Of a stretch of 64,000 nucleotides of DNA, positions 48,615-57,895 are shown piece by piece. Numbering within the stretch: position 1 is the first letter of the stretch; the number at the start of each line of letters is the position of its first letter. The stretch lies in contig JAGWFT010000001.1 in the NCBI GenBank assembly GCA_028867755.1, forward strand, positions 292,727-356,726, read 5' to 3'. The notes beneath the pieces were generated by a model. That model saw only the letters and a list, made by a program, of their open reading frames with translations, had not been told where the DNA came from and did not search any database. The position numbers and the translations under genes are program-made. This DNA comes from Nitrososphaerota archaeon (GTDB lineage Archaea > Thermoproteota > Nitrososphaeria > Nitrososphaerales > Nitrosopumilaceae).

Positions 48615-49550
48615 CTATTTTACTCTGGCAAGAAGGGCAGAATAAAGAAATGGTAGAATCGTGGTTATCTCTGCATGTATTGTAGTTTGTTTTGCATTCT
48701 GAGTTACCTTTCCCCATGAGATTGCTTCTTTTACAAGTGCACCGCTCAAACTACCGTCAAACTCTTGTGCTGTAGTGATGTAGACGGCATAATCTAGACC
48801 ATCTCTATATTGGTTCCACCAAAGAGTGTGATGCTTTGATATGCCTCCACCTAGCATGAGAGCTCCTGATTTTTTTGCCTTGAATATTAGTCCAGACAAC
48901 AAGTCCCCATCAGCTGCAACATTTAGTTTGAAATCCTTATGTTTTTGTGTAAACATCCAGATCTGGCTTCCTACAGCACCATCCACTATTCCAGGTACAA
49001 TCACTGGAATGTTATTTTTGTATGCCCAGTACAGGAAAGAACCTTCACCTAGGTGTTCGCCAATCATTCTTGTAATGTCTGCAGTGGACATCTCTCTTGT
49101 ACCAGCTTTGTAAGCTTCCTCTAGGAATTGTTGCATTTTTTCTTCAATTATGGGTCCATAGCTATCCATTGGAACAAGCACGTTGCCTAATCTGTGAATG
49201 TTTTTCTCCAAAAGCTCTGAATCATCAAGGGTAAAGGATCCTTCTAAATAATTTGAAAAATATCTTGCAATGTCATGATCAAGAGCACCACATGTAGTAA
49301 TGGCAACATCGAACATTTTCTTTTTTAACATATCTACAATTATTCCACGAAGACCAGTTGACGTAATTGCCGCTACAAATGAAAGAAATTTTACACACTG
49401 CTTGTCGTTTATCATTGTTGAGAGAATCTCAAGACCGTCAGCAAGATTTCTTGATTCAAAACCGCCAGACTCTGACATCTGTTTGAAGATAGTCTGTAGA
49501 TCGGTGTCACTTTTTATAGAAATGTCTCGTACTGGTCTGCCCTCGCTCAT
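48615..49550 (-). CDS. dhs: Deoxyhypusine synthase
   Basis: STGLRG, HRLGNVL, LGGGISKH, GSLSGA..KEAISWGKV. Confidence 0.92.
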   Translation of the reverse strand: MSEGRPVRDISIKSDTDLQTIFKQMSESGGFESRNLADGLEILSTMINDKQCVKFLSFVAAITSTGLRGIIVDMLKKKMFDVAITTCGALDHDIARYFSNYLEGSFTLDDSELLEKNIHRLGNVLVPMDSYGPIIEEKMQQFLEEAYKAGTREMSTADITRMIGEHLGEGSFLYWAYKNNIPVIVPGIVDGAVGSQIWMFTQKHKDFKLNVAADGDLLSGLIFKAKKSGALMLGGGISKHHTLWWNQYRDGLDYAVYITTAQEFDGSLSGALVKEAISWGKVTQNAKQTTIHAEITTILPFLYSALLARVK

Positions 49551-49671
49551 TCTTTTATGGCTTGATCAGCGGTATAAATTTCTTGTATTGCTTTTAAAAA
49601 ATAGAAAACGTAATATACGAATCAAAGACCAATTTTTAAATAATAACCGCTTAAGAGAGACATGAGATAAT

Positions 49672-50223
49672 ATGCTTGATTTAGTTCCAAAAAAATTATT
49701 CCTCACTAAAGGCAAGGGTGTACATGCAGATCAGCTTACAAGTTTTGAATATGCACTAAGAGATGCAGGTATTCCAAACACGAATCTAGTGTTAATCTCA
49801 AGTATATTTCCTCCAGGTGCAAAAATAATCTCGCGTCAGGAAGGATTGAAGTTGATACGTCCTGGCAGTGTCCAGTTCGTAATATACGCAAGACAGCAAT
49901 CTAATGAACCACATAGATTAATGGCAGCATCTGTAGGATTGGCAGAACCATCTGACAGGAAAAGATGGGGATATCTGTCCGAGTATCACTCTTTTGGAGA
50001 AACAGAAAAGGAAGCTGGTGATTATGCTGAAGACATTGCAGCACAGATGCTAGCATCATCAATTGGAATACCATTTGATGTAGACAAAAACTGGGACGAG
50101 AAAAGACAACAATGGAAAGTATCTGGACAGATATACAAGACTAGAAACATAACCCAGAGCGCAGTTGGAGATTCCAAGGGAAGATGGACAACTGTTTTTG
50201 CAGCAGCAGTTTTAATTCTTTAA
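49672..50223 (+). CDS. pdaD: Pyruvoyl-dependent arginine decarboxylase
   Basis: TSFEYALRDAGI..NLV.ISSIFPP (self-cleavage at S-S), GYLSEYH. Confidence 0.9.
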   Translation: MLDLVPKKLFLTKGKGVHADQLTSFEYALRDAGIPNTNLVLISSIFPPGAKIISRQEGLKLIRPGSVQFVIYARQQSNEPHRLMAASVGLAEPSDRKRWGYLSEYHSFGETEKEAGDYAEDIAAQMLASSIGIPFDVDKNWDEKRQQWKVSGQIYKTRNITQSAVGDSKGRWTTVFAAAVLIL

Positions 50224-50258
50224 AAATATATTTTCTTGTAACAGCAAAACACACTGTT

Positions 50259-51335
50259 TTATCGTCTAGTTGGCTTCTTTTTGCCAGAATAAATATCAGA
50301 TATGTCTTTATAATACTGACCTAATTTTTTGTAGATGCGTTTTGGTTTTCTTGGGGCTTCATTGCTCAATGCATACAAGCATAAAACTGGAAATGCTATT
50401 GTGGCATCAGCATATACAACTATCACATCCTCGTGAGAATCTTTTACCTTTCCCCAGCTCTTGCCTTCCTGGAGTGTGGCACCAGACAGTCCCCCTGTGT
50501 CTGGTCTTGCGTCAGTGATCTGAATAATGTAATTTTGTCCTCCATGACCCATGCCTAAAATCTGATCCAGTAGAGGGCCTGTCTGCTGGGCAGTATTCTT
50601 AGGCACTCCACCACCTATCTCTACAATTCCTGCCTTTTTGGAATTGTATAGAATTGCTGCTTGTTCAATTATTTCACGCACAAAATCCAATGAAAATTGC
50701 TTATTTGCAAGCCTAAGAGGAGCTAGATCCAGTGCTAGCGACGAATCTTTTAGTGTAGAGATGTAAAGTGGCACATCATAATCATAGGCAGAGACTACAA
50801 AGCTTTTTTCAGGATACTTGGAATGTTCTTTAGAATATTTGCCCATCCAATTTGCAAATTCAGCTGTCGTAAATGGTTTGTTAATTGGATTATTTTCAAA
50901 CATTTTCTGTACTATCTTGTCTTGTTTTTTCAATGTCTCCTCGCCTTTGATATAGACATCTCTAATTCTGACAATGTCCTTTTGATAGAGAATCATGTCA
51001 TCTACCTCATAATGCCCTTGCTTTACTGGTAGGTTCCAGGCAAAATGATCCTCATGGTACAAGTTAGAACCAGTAGATATTATCCAGTCTACAAATCCAT
51101 TTTCAATAAGAGACTTGAACAGTCCCCCAAACCCAACAGGTGTCATTGCACCAGCAATTGTAAGGCAAATTGTGGCGTCATCTTCAATCATCTTACGGAA
51201 TAGCTTTGCAGCCTCTCCAAGCTGTCTTGCATTATACCCTGATCTTGAGTAGATTTCTACAAGATCGTTAATCTTCATATCAGGTCCGACCTCGATATGA
51301 GGGATATTTTTTCCATGAAAATGATGGTAATCCAT
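50259..51335 (-). CDS. Second deoxyhypusine-synthase-like protein (homospermidine-synthase-like)
   Basis: AGAMTP.G, STGSNLYH, GGGVPKN, DTGGLSGAT..EGKSWGKV, DATIAFP. Confidence 0.85.
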   Translation of the reverse strand: MDYHHFHGKNIPHIEVGPDMKINDLVEIYSRSGYNARQLGEAAKLFRKMIEDDATICLTIAGAMTPVGFGGLFKSLIENGFVDWIISTGSNLYHEDHFAWNLPVKQGHYEVDDMILYQKDIVRIRDVYIKGEETLKKQDKIVQKMFENNPINKPFTTAEFANWMGKYSKEHSKYPEKSFVVSAYDYDVPLYISTLKDSSLALDLAPLRLANKQFSLDFVREIIEQAAILYNSKKAGIVEIGGGVPKNTAQQTGPLLDQILGMGHGGQNYIIQITDARPDTGGLSGATLQEGKSWGKVKDSHEDVIVVYADATIAFPVLCLYALSNEAPRKPKRIYKKLGQYYKDISDIYSGKKKPTRR

Positions 51336-51465
51336 TGTTCTCTAGTCATTTACTGCCACTAGATAATTTTTTCTAAACGGCATCAAAAAATACAAAAGTT
51401 TTGTAGTTTACGTTTTTTTAAGGCATATTTTTATACAAAGATTTGACAAAACGCTTGTGCAAATA

Positions 51466-51493
51466 GTATTACTCTTACCAACTTTTGTAATAC
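51466..51493. promoter_or_regulatory. NikR-type operator upstream of the nickel permease
   Basis: GTATTA-N16-TAATAC, extending to TAGTATTAC-N14-GTAATACTA; same geometry as the E. coli NikR site GTATGA-N16-TCATAC. Confidence 0.7.
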
Positions 51494-51524
51494 TAGAAAA
51501 AATGCCTTACGGGGGCTATTTTAG

Positions 51525-52340
51525 ATGATGGATACATCTTGGGCCTTTATCTTGTTATCAATACCCACCATGATAGTTCTAGGAATGCGTCATGGTCTTG
51601 ACGTTGACCATATTACTGCAATTGATAATCTGGTCAGGTTACACAATGCTACAAAAAAATCCCGATTGGTAGGAGCAGGATTCAGTTCTGGCCACATGAT
51701 ATCAGTCCTGGCCGAGATGATTCTCATAATTTACGTGGTAGGCAGTCTTACCAATACAGGAAATCTTCAATTTTGGGGTGGTGTAGTGGGAGCAGTTGCA
51801 CTGGGAGCAATTGGTGCTATCAACATCTATGCCCTAAAGAAATGGGGCAAGAGCGGCTCTGCAATACTTGCAACAAAGATTTTGCAGAGAACAGGAATGT
51901 TGGGGCCTATTGGTTCATCTTTTGTTACTGGTCTAGTTTTTGGTCTGGGCTTTGATACGGCCACGCAGATTTCTGCAATCACACTATCTGCTGTTGCATC
52001 GGCAACAACTGGAATTCAGACAGCATTGATTCTCTCAGGGTTCTTTGCACTTGGGATGATTCCTATAGATACACTAGACAGTATCTTGCTCCGTTCTGCA
52101 TTTTCCAGAATATTTAACACCAAAGGCTTTAGGTACATGGCTTATGCCCTAAGCGGTGCTGCAGTGTCAGTGGCATCTCTTGAGTCATATGGAACAGTTA
52201 CCCACACAGACATTTTGCCACAATGGGCAGGGCCGGTTCTTGCCGTAAGTATTGTCTCTATATCATTTGCATATGCCTTTATGACAAGAAAGAAAAGTGT
52301 ACCTAGTCATAATGTGGAAAAAGAGACAGAAGAAAAATAG
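51525..52340 (+). CDS. NiCoT (HoxN/HupN/NixA) nickel/cobalt permease
   Basis: GMRHGLDVDHITAIDN, GFSSGH, FGLGFDTATQI. Confidence 0.9.
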   Translation: MMDTSWAFILLSIPTMIVLGMRHGLDVDHITAIDNLVRLHNATKKSRLVGAGFSSGHMISVLAEMILIIYVVGSLTNTGNLQFWGGVVGAVALGAIGAINIYALKKWGKSGSAILATKILQRTGMLGPIGSSFVTGLVFGLGFDTATQISAITLSAVASATTGIQTALILSGFFALGMIPIDTLDSILLRSAFSRIFNTKGFRYMAYALSGAAVSVASLESYGTVTHTDILPQWAGPVLAVSIVSISFAYAFMTRKKSVPSHNVEKETEEK

Positions 52341-52343
52341 AAT

Positions 52344-52466
52344 CTAATCAAATTTTACTTCTTCTTGTTGTGCTGACGCATTGCAGTGTGCACATCTCTC
52401 TGATGGAGTTTTAAAGTACACCATGTGGCAGTTTTTACAAGCCCTAAGATCACTTAGTTTAACCAT
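52344..52466 (-). CDS. Small Zn-ribbon protein, 40 aa (below the ORF-track cutoff)
   Basis: My translation: MVKLSDLRACKNCHMVYFKTPSERCAHCNASAQQEEVKFD; two CxxC. Confidence 0.5.
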   Translation of the reverse strand: MVKLSDLRACKNCHMVYFKTPSERCAHCNASAQQEEVKFD

Positions 52467-52571
52467 GTGATCCTAACCTGTAACCATATAGAAAAATCTT
52501 ATTTTGTTGTCTTTTTGCATGACGTATCACATAGTGACTTGATTTATGTGCAACATGTTAGAAGAAAAATC

Positions 52572-53024
52572 ATGAAAAAACACTATAAGGAATATCTCAA
52601 GTTAAACAAGAACATTCTATTTGGTTTCTTTACGTCAGTTACAGTTTCTGCTATAGTATCACAGATTCTGTCTGTTCAGGCAAAATATCTCAATAGTTCG
52701 GCAACCCTTGCAGTTGATTTATCAGTATATTACGCAGCTTTTTCAGGTTTTTTTTATATCGATAACAGGAAAAAATACCTCCTAGAATCAGGCAAGCTGG
52801 ACAAATCTAGACTGAAAACAGATCTCATAAAAATAATCACATCATTAGGAACAAGCGAGATAATTTACAGCATTTGTAGATGGCTAGTACAGTACTACCT
52901 GTTAGCTAGCAATTATGAAGCGTATGTCTCATCTATCTTGGCCCAATCTATATCGTTTATAGTATATCTGATTAGTGTAAACCTAATCGCAAGATCTGTG
53001 AGATTATACAAAGACAAAGAATAG
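52572..53024 (+). CDS. Hypothetical multi-pass membrane protein
   Basis: Four hydrophobic segments; ATG at 52572 preferred over 52467. Confidence 0.65.
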   Translation: MKKHYKEYLKLNKNILFGFFTSVTVSAIVSQILSVQAKYLNSSATLAVDLSVYYAAFSGFFYIDNRKKYLLESGKLDKSRLKTDLIKIITSLGTSEIIYSICRWLVQYYLLASNYEAYVSSILAQSISFIVYLISVNLIARSVRLYKDKE

Positions 53025-53067
53025 TCAAACCTATCTCTAAACTTAATATAAGGAACAAAAAGGATCG

Positions 53068-53820
53068 TTGACGTTGGCTTTCCAAAAAGGTACCTTAGTT
53101 CTGGCAGACTATACTGCCAAGGTAAAAGACACAAACGAAGTCTTTGAAACTACTAGAGAAGCTGACGCAAAGTCTAGCAACATCTTTGATGCAAACATCA
53201 AGTATCAGCCAAGACTTGTCTCAGTGGGAGAGTCCTGGGTGCTCAAGGGGTTCGATGATGCACTCTTGGCAGCAAATGCAGGTGACAAGCTCACAATAGA
53301 GGTTCCACCAGAGAAGGGATTTGGTACAAGAGATCCAAGCAAGGTAAGAATGATTCCTTTGCGAAAACTAGGAGATGATGCAGAGAAAGTTTCTGTCGGA
53401 GATGCAATTGAACTTGATGACAGGACTGGAATCATTAGATTCATTGGCTCAGGACGAGTCCAAGTTGATTTCAATCACAGGTTTGCAGGTAAAACTATTT
53501 TGTATGATGTTAATGTAATAAAATCACTTGATACTGATCAGGACAAAGTCATGGGGCTCCTCAAAAGGAGATTCCCAATAGATGACTCGAAATTAAAATT
53601 TGAGATAAAAGGAACACAGCTTGATGTCAGCATACCAGATGAAGCATTAATGATGGAGGGTCTTCAGGTAGTAAAGCGAGCAATTGCAAATGAGGTCTTC
53701 AAGTTTGTGTCAAGTCTTGACAAAATTAACTTTGTAGAGACCTACACCAAGGCAAAACCGCAGGAAAAGCCAGCAGAACAAAAGGCTGAGGCTGCACCGG
53801 CACAGCCAAAAGCTGCCTAG
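53068..53820 (+). CDS. Archaeal long-type FKBP peptidyl-prolyl isomerase
   Basis: VFETT, EVPPEKGFG.RDP, VDFNHRFAGKTI.Y.V. Confidence 0.92.
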   Translation: MTLAFQKGTLVLADYTAKVKDTNEVFETTREADAKSSNIFDANIKYQPRLVSVGESWVLKGFDDALLAANAGDKLTIEVPPEKGFGTRDPSKVRMIPLRKLGDDAEKVSVGDAIELDDRTGIIRFIGSGRVQVDFNHRFAGKTILYDVNVIKSLDTDQDKVMGLLKRRFPIDDSKLKFEIKGTQLDVSIPDEALMMEGLQVVKRAIANEVFKFVSSLDKINFVETYTKAKPQEKPAEQKAEAAPAQPKAA

Positions 53821-54857
53821 AGAACGCCAGTACTTTTTGCAAGAGAGACAGCTTTTTCTTCAGTCATCTTTACCTCACTGAGTATTGTGTATCTCTCTGG
53901 TCTTAACGACTGTGCAATGGAAAGAGCCTCTGCTAGAATCTGGGCTGAAAGCCCAATCTCTTTTGCAGTAGTCGGTGCACCGACATTTTTTAGCATCTGA
54001 ATTATTTTCTTCCAGTCTTGGCCCTGAAGCTTTGCAATCAATATTGCCCCAATTCCGCACTTTTCTCCATGCAATCCAATTCCTGGCTGGATATAGTCAA
54101 CTGCGTGGGAAAACAAGTGTTCTGCACCAGAGCAAGGCCTGCTAGAGCCAGCTATGCAGGCAGCAACACCTGAGCTTATCAGAGCTTCAACAATCATTCT
54201 AACATCAGGTTTTTTCTTGAAGTTTTTTGAGTTGTCAATCACTATTTTGGCGCTCATAGATGCCAGATTTGCGGCATATGTGCCAAAGTATTCCCCAACC
54301 TTATCTCTTGCAAGCTCCCAGTCTCGTACTGCTGTAACCTTTGCCATGAGATCACCGCAACCGCTTGCAATAAGCCTGTGCGGCGCCTTCTTTAGTATCT
54401 CAGTGTCCACAAAGACCCCAAGCGGTGCAGTAGCAATTATGGAATATGGCTTGTCACCGCGCAGAGAAACAAACGGGCTTGCAATTCCATCATGTGATGC
54501 AGAGGTTGGGACACTAACAAATGGTTTTTTGATCTTAAATGCAATCATCTTTGCAATATCAACAGACCTGCCCCCGCCGATTCCAACTATAAGATCACAC
54601 TTGTCTTTTTTTATCTCAAGCAGAATCTTTTTTGCAGAATCTATGTCATTACTTGTGCTGCGATGCCAGACATTTTTTATCTTTGATTTAGAAAGTGATC
54701 TGGATACTTTATCATAAGTTATCTTTCTTACCTGATCGCCTGAAACAAGAGAAACTTTTCTTGGATTGGCAAGGCCCTGCAAGAAACGTCCAATATCGCC
54801 AATGTTTTTCTCACCGACAACTATCTGCCTTGGCAGTTCCATGACGTGGTAAGGCAT
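53817..54857 (-). CDS. egsA: sn-glycerol-1-phosphate dehydrogenase
   Basis: GIGGGRSVD.AK, VPTSASHDGIASP, GSSRPCSGAEH.FSHA, HGE.CG. Confidence 0.95.
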   Translation of the reverse strand: MPYHVMELPRQIVVGEKNIGDIGRFLQGLANPRKVSLVSGDQVRKITYDKVSRSLSKSKIKNVWHRSTSNDIDSAKKILLEIKKDKCDLIVGIGGGRSVDIAKMIAFKIKKPFVSVPTSASHDGIASPFVSLRGDKPYSIIATAPLGVFVDTEILKKAPHRLIASGCGDLMAKVTAVRDWELARDKVGEYFGTYAANLASMSAKIVIDNSKNFKKKPDVRMIVEALISSGVAACIAGSSRPCSGAEHLFSHAVDYIQPGIGLHGEKCGIGAILIAKLQGQDWKKIIQMLKNVGAPTTAKEIGLSAQILAEALSIAQSLRPERYTILSEVKMTEEKAVSLAKSTGVL

Positions 54858-54963
54858 GAACTTTTCTTCAAATCTCGTTATTTATCAATTCCCAAGAGCA
54901 GTCCAAAGTTTATTAAACGGTGAAATCCTATTCAGGATATCTCTAGTTAGGGAGAATAATTAT

Positions 54964-55596
54964 TTGTCAGACTACATTGAACAACACACATTTCATGGAA
55001 CAACTACAGTAGGAATAGCCTGTACTGACGGTGTAGTCTTGTGCGCTGATATGAGAGCAAGCGCTGGCTATTTCATAGCAAACAACAACACCATGAAGAT
55101 TCAAAAAATAGACAACCATGCAGGCATGACAATAGCCGGTGGAGTTGCAGATGCTCAAAATGTCACTGACATGTTGAGATATCATTGCAATCTTCACAGA
55201 GTGGACAAGGGAGAATATCTTCCAGTCAAATCAGTTGCAAGGCTTGCTTCGCTAATATTCTTCCAAAATAGATACTATCCATTTATCGCCGACATTCTTG
55301 TGGGCGGATATGACAAACTAGGACCAGCGTTATACAATATCGACATGTTTGGTTCTCTTGACCAGAAAAAATATGTTACAACAGGAAGCGGTTCGCCGGT
55401 CGCATATGGCTTGTTAGAAAGTGAATATCGAGATGGACTCACAGTAGAAGAGGGCAAGACAATTGCTCTCCGAGCTGTCAAGGGTGCGATAACAAGAAAC
55501 ATTGGAACAGGTGACGGAATAAATGTCGCAATCATTGACAAGCAAGGATACCAACTTTTAACAAAAGAACAGAAGAAAGCCATCATTACGCTCTAA
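54964..55596 (+). CDS. psmB: Proteasome beta subunit
   Basis: HG-TTTVG processing site, AD.RAS.G, TGSGSP.AYG.LE, GDG; TTG at 54964 preferred. Confidence 0.95.
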   Translation: MSDYIEQHTFHGTTTVGIACTDGVVLCADMRASAGYFIANNNTMKIQKIDNHAGMTIAGGVADAQNVTDMLRYHCNLHRVDKGEYLPVKSVARLASLIFFQNRYYPFIADILVGGYDKLGPALYNIDMFGSLDQKKYVTTGSGSPVAYGLLESEYRDGLTVEEGKTIALRAVKGAITRNIGTGDGINVAIIDKQGYQLLTKEQKKAIITL

Positions 55597-55604
55597 GTGA
55601 TTTA

Positions 55605-57536
55605 ATGCAAAGAAAACAGCAACAACGAGAAGTGTCGCCATTACCCAACATCATGGGCACCATACTACAAAGTATACCAAAAGAAGCTGAAGTTACCAAG
55701 ATAGAGTACGAGGGCCCAAGAATTGCAATCTATACAAGAAATCCCCGTTACCTGATGGAACACAACGAAGTAATCTCCAACATGGTCAATGTGATAAAAA
55801 AAAGAATTGTTGTAAGAACAGAAGATTCTATTAGAAAAACCGAGGAGGAGGCAAGACAGATTCTTGTCCAGATGCTCCCAAAGGACACTGATCTGCGCGG
55901 CACGTTTTTTGATACTGCAATAGGGGAGCTTACAGTAGAAGTAAAGCATCCTTGGCTACTAAACAACAGCGAGTCTTTTAACATGGCAGACCTTGTCTCA
56001 AAAACAGGCTGGCGTGTAAGAATCAGAAAGGCAACTACCATCCAGTCCCAGACTATTCAGACAATAAACTATAACCTCAAGATATCATCAACTGAAAGAA
56101 GCAAGCACCTGCGACAGATAGGAGAGCAAATATTTCGTCCAAAATTATCCGAAGATGCCGAAGTTTCATTGACCACACTTGGGGGATTCAGCCAGGTAGG
56201 CAGGTCATGCATGTTACTTACCACACATGAAAGTAAGATACTCATTGACTGCGGTGTAAATCCAGGTGCCCGAAGCCCGCTGGAGGCATTTCCGCGACTT
56301 GACTGGGCAAATATTACACTTGACGAGCTTGATGCCATTGTTATCAGCCATGCCCACCTTGACCATACCGGATTTTTGCCTGTTCTTTTCAAATATGGCT
56401 ACAAGGGGCCAATCTACTGTACAGAGCCTACCCTGCCAATGATGAACTTGATCCAGCTTGATGCCATCAAGGTGGCTGCCGCACAAGGCAAGGTTCCAAT
56501 GTACTCTGAAAGGGACGTCAAGCAGGTTATGAAGCAGACAATATCGCTTGCCTATGGCACTGTTACTGATATATCGCCTGACATCAAACTGGTCTTTTCA
56601 AATGCAGGACACATACTTGGCTCTGCATCGTGTCATTTTCACATTGGAAATGGAAACCACAACTTTGTCTACACTGGAGACCTAAAGTATGGTAAGTCAA
56701 TGCTCTTTGAGAGTGCGTCATGGAACTTCCCAAGAGTTGAAACATTATTGATAGAGAGTACATATGGTGCAAAAGAAGACATCCAGGCAACAAGAGAAGA
56801 AGTCGAAGGCGCATTTATCAAATCAGTAAACGAGACACTGCGAAACGGCGGCAAGGTCTTGATTCCAATTCCGGCAGTTGGACGTGCACAGGAACTTATG
56901 ATGGTAATCGATCAATACATGAAGGCAGGGCATCTGATGGAGGCACCTGTATTTACAGAAGGAATGATCGCAGAGGCAACTGCAATACATGAGGCATATC
57001 CGGAATATCTGGCCAGAGACTTGCGCGAAAAGATCTTGAGCACAGAAGAAAATCCATTTGATTCTGAATATTTCACAAACATCGAGCACTCTGATGCAAG
57101 AGAAGAGCCGCTCCGAGATGGACCTTGTATAATAATGGCAACATCAGGTATGCTAGAGGGTGGACCAGTGCTTGAATATTTCAAAAACATTGCACCAGTA
57201 CAGAAAAACAAGATCTTGTTTGTATCATACCAGGTAAATGGTACCATGGGAAGAAGGGTGCTTGATGGCTCAAGACAGGTCTCAGTTGTTGGAAAGGACG
57301 GAAAGATTGAAGTTATCAACATAAATTGCTCAACTGAAAAACTTGATGGGTTTTCAGGACACAGTGACTATAACCAATTAATGTCGTATGTGCACAAGCT
57401 AAGACCAAAGCTTAGGCGAGTAATTGTAAACCATGGTGAGAGAAGAAAGTGTGAGAACCTTGCAAGCTCGATTCACAGGATGTTTAGAATTGCAACAACG
57501 TGTCCACAAGTGCAAGAAGGCATAAGACTACTTTAA
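55605..57536 (+). CDS. KH-domain beta-CASP ribonuclease aCPSF1 (FttA)
   Basis: EYEGP, LGGF.QVGRSC, HAHLDH, AGHILGS, ESTYG, FSGHSD, HGE. Confidence 0.95.
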   Translation: MQRKQQQREVSPLPNIMGTILQSIPKEAEVTKIEYEGPRIAIYTRNPRYLMEHNEVISNMVNVIKKRIVVRTEDSIRKTEEEARQILVQMLPKDTDLRGTFFDTAIGELTVEVKHPWLLNNSESFNMADLVSKTGWRVRIRKATTIQSQTIQTINYNLKISSTERSKHLRQIGEQIFRPKLSEDAEVSLTTLGGFSQVGRSCMLLTTHESKILIDCGVNPGARSPLEAFPRLDWANITLDELDAIVISHAHLDHTGFLPVLFKYGYKGPIYCTEPTLPMMNLIQLDAIKVAAAQGKVPMYSERDVKQVMKQTISLAYGTVTDISPDIKLVFSNAGHILGSASCHFHIGNGNHNFVYTGDLKYGKSMLFESASWNFPRVETLLIESTYGAKEDIQATREEVEGAFIKSVNETLRNGGKVLIPIPAVGRAQELMMVIDQYMKAGHLMEAPVFTEGMIAEATAIHEAYPEYLARDLREKILSTEENPFDSEYFTNIEHSDAREEPLRDGPCIIMATSGMLEGGPVLEYFKNIAPVQKNKILFVSYQVNGTMGRRVLDGSRQVSVVGKDGKIEVININCSTEKLDGFSGHSDYNQLMSYVHKLRPKLRRVIVNHGERRKCENLASSIHRMFRIATTCPQVQEGIRLL

Positions 57537-57543
57537 GAAAAAA

Positions 57544-57837
57544 TTATTTCAGATCGTATTCTGCTCTCCAGATCTTAACACCTGAAGGAGTAACAATGAT
57601 TCTTTCTTCTCCAAGCCTTGCAATATCTGCATCCTGTGTCTTTGCAATGCTGTAAATCTCTTCTACCACCTTTCTTAGCTCGTCGACATTTTTTTGCGCA
57701 AGGGGAGTCACTCGCAGAACCAAAATCATGCCCTTTTTGATATCCTCCTTTACAGTATGTATATCACTATGGTCTCGAAGCGTAATCGCCTTGAGGTAGG
57801 TCGGGGTCTTTTGTGTCTGCATGTCATTGGTATGCAA
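57544..57837 (-). CDS. sepF: Cell division protein SepF (DUF552)
   Basis: I.......G.ILVLRVTPL....DADIARLGEERIIVTP.GV.I. Confidence 0.75.
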   Translation of the reverse strand: MHTNDMQTQKTPTYLKAITLRDHSDIHTVKEDIKKGMILVLRVTPLAQKNVDELRKVVEEIYSIAKTQDADIARLGEERIIVTPSGVKIWRAEYDLK

Positions 57838-57895
57838 TTATCTCCCTCAAAAAGTCTTTGCAGTCAATTGCAATTCACAGACTGGGTTGATTTGA

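Noticed and set aside
53068-53820. SlyD-like nickel chaperone for urease
   Set aside because: No His/Cys-rich tail; it begins the core-gene block, so proximity to NiCoT is likely incidental.
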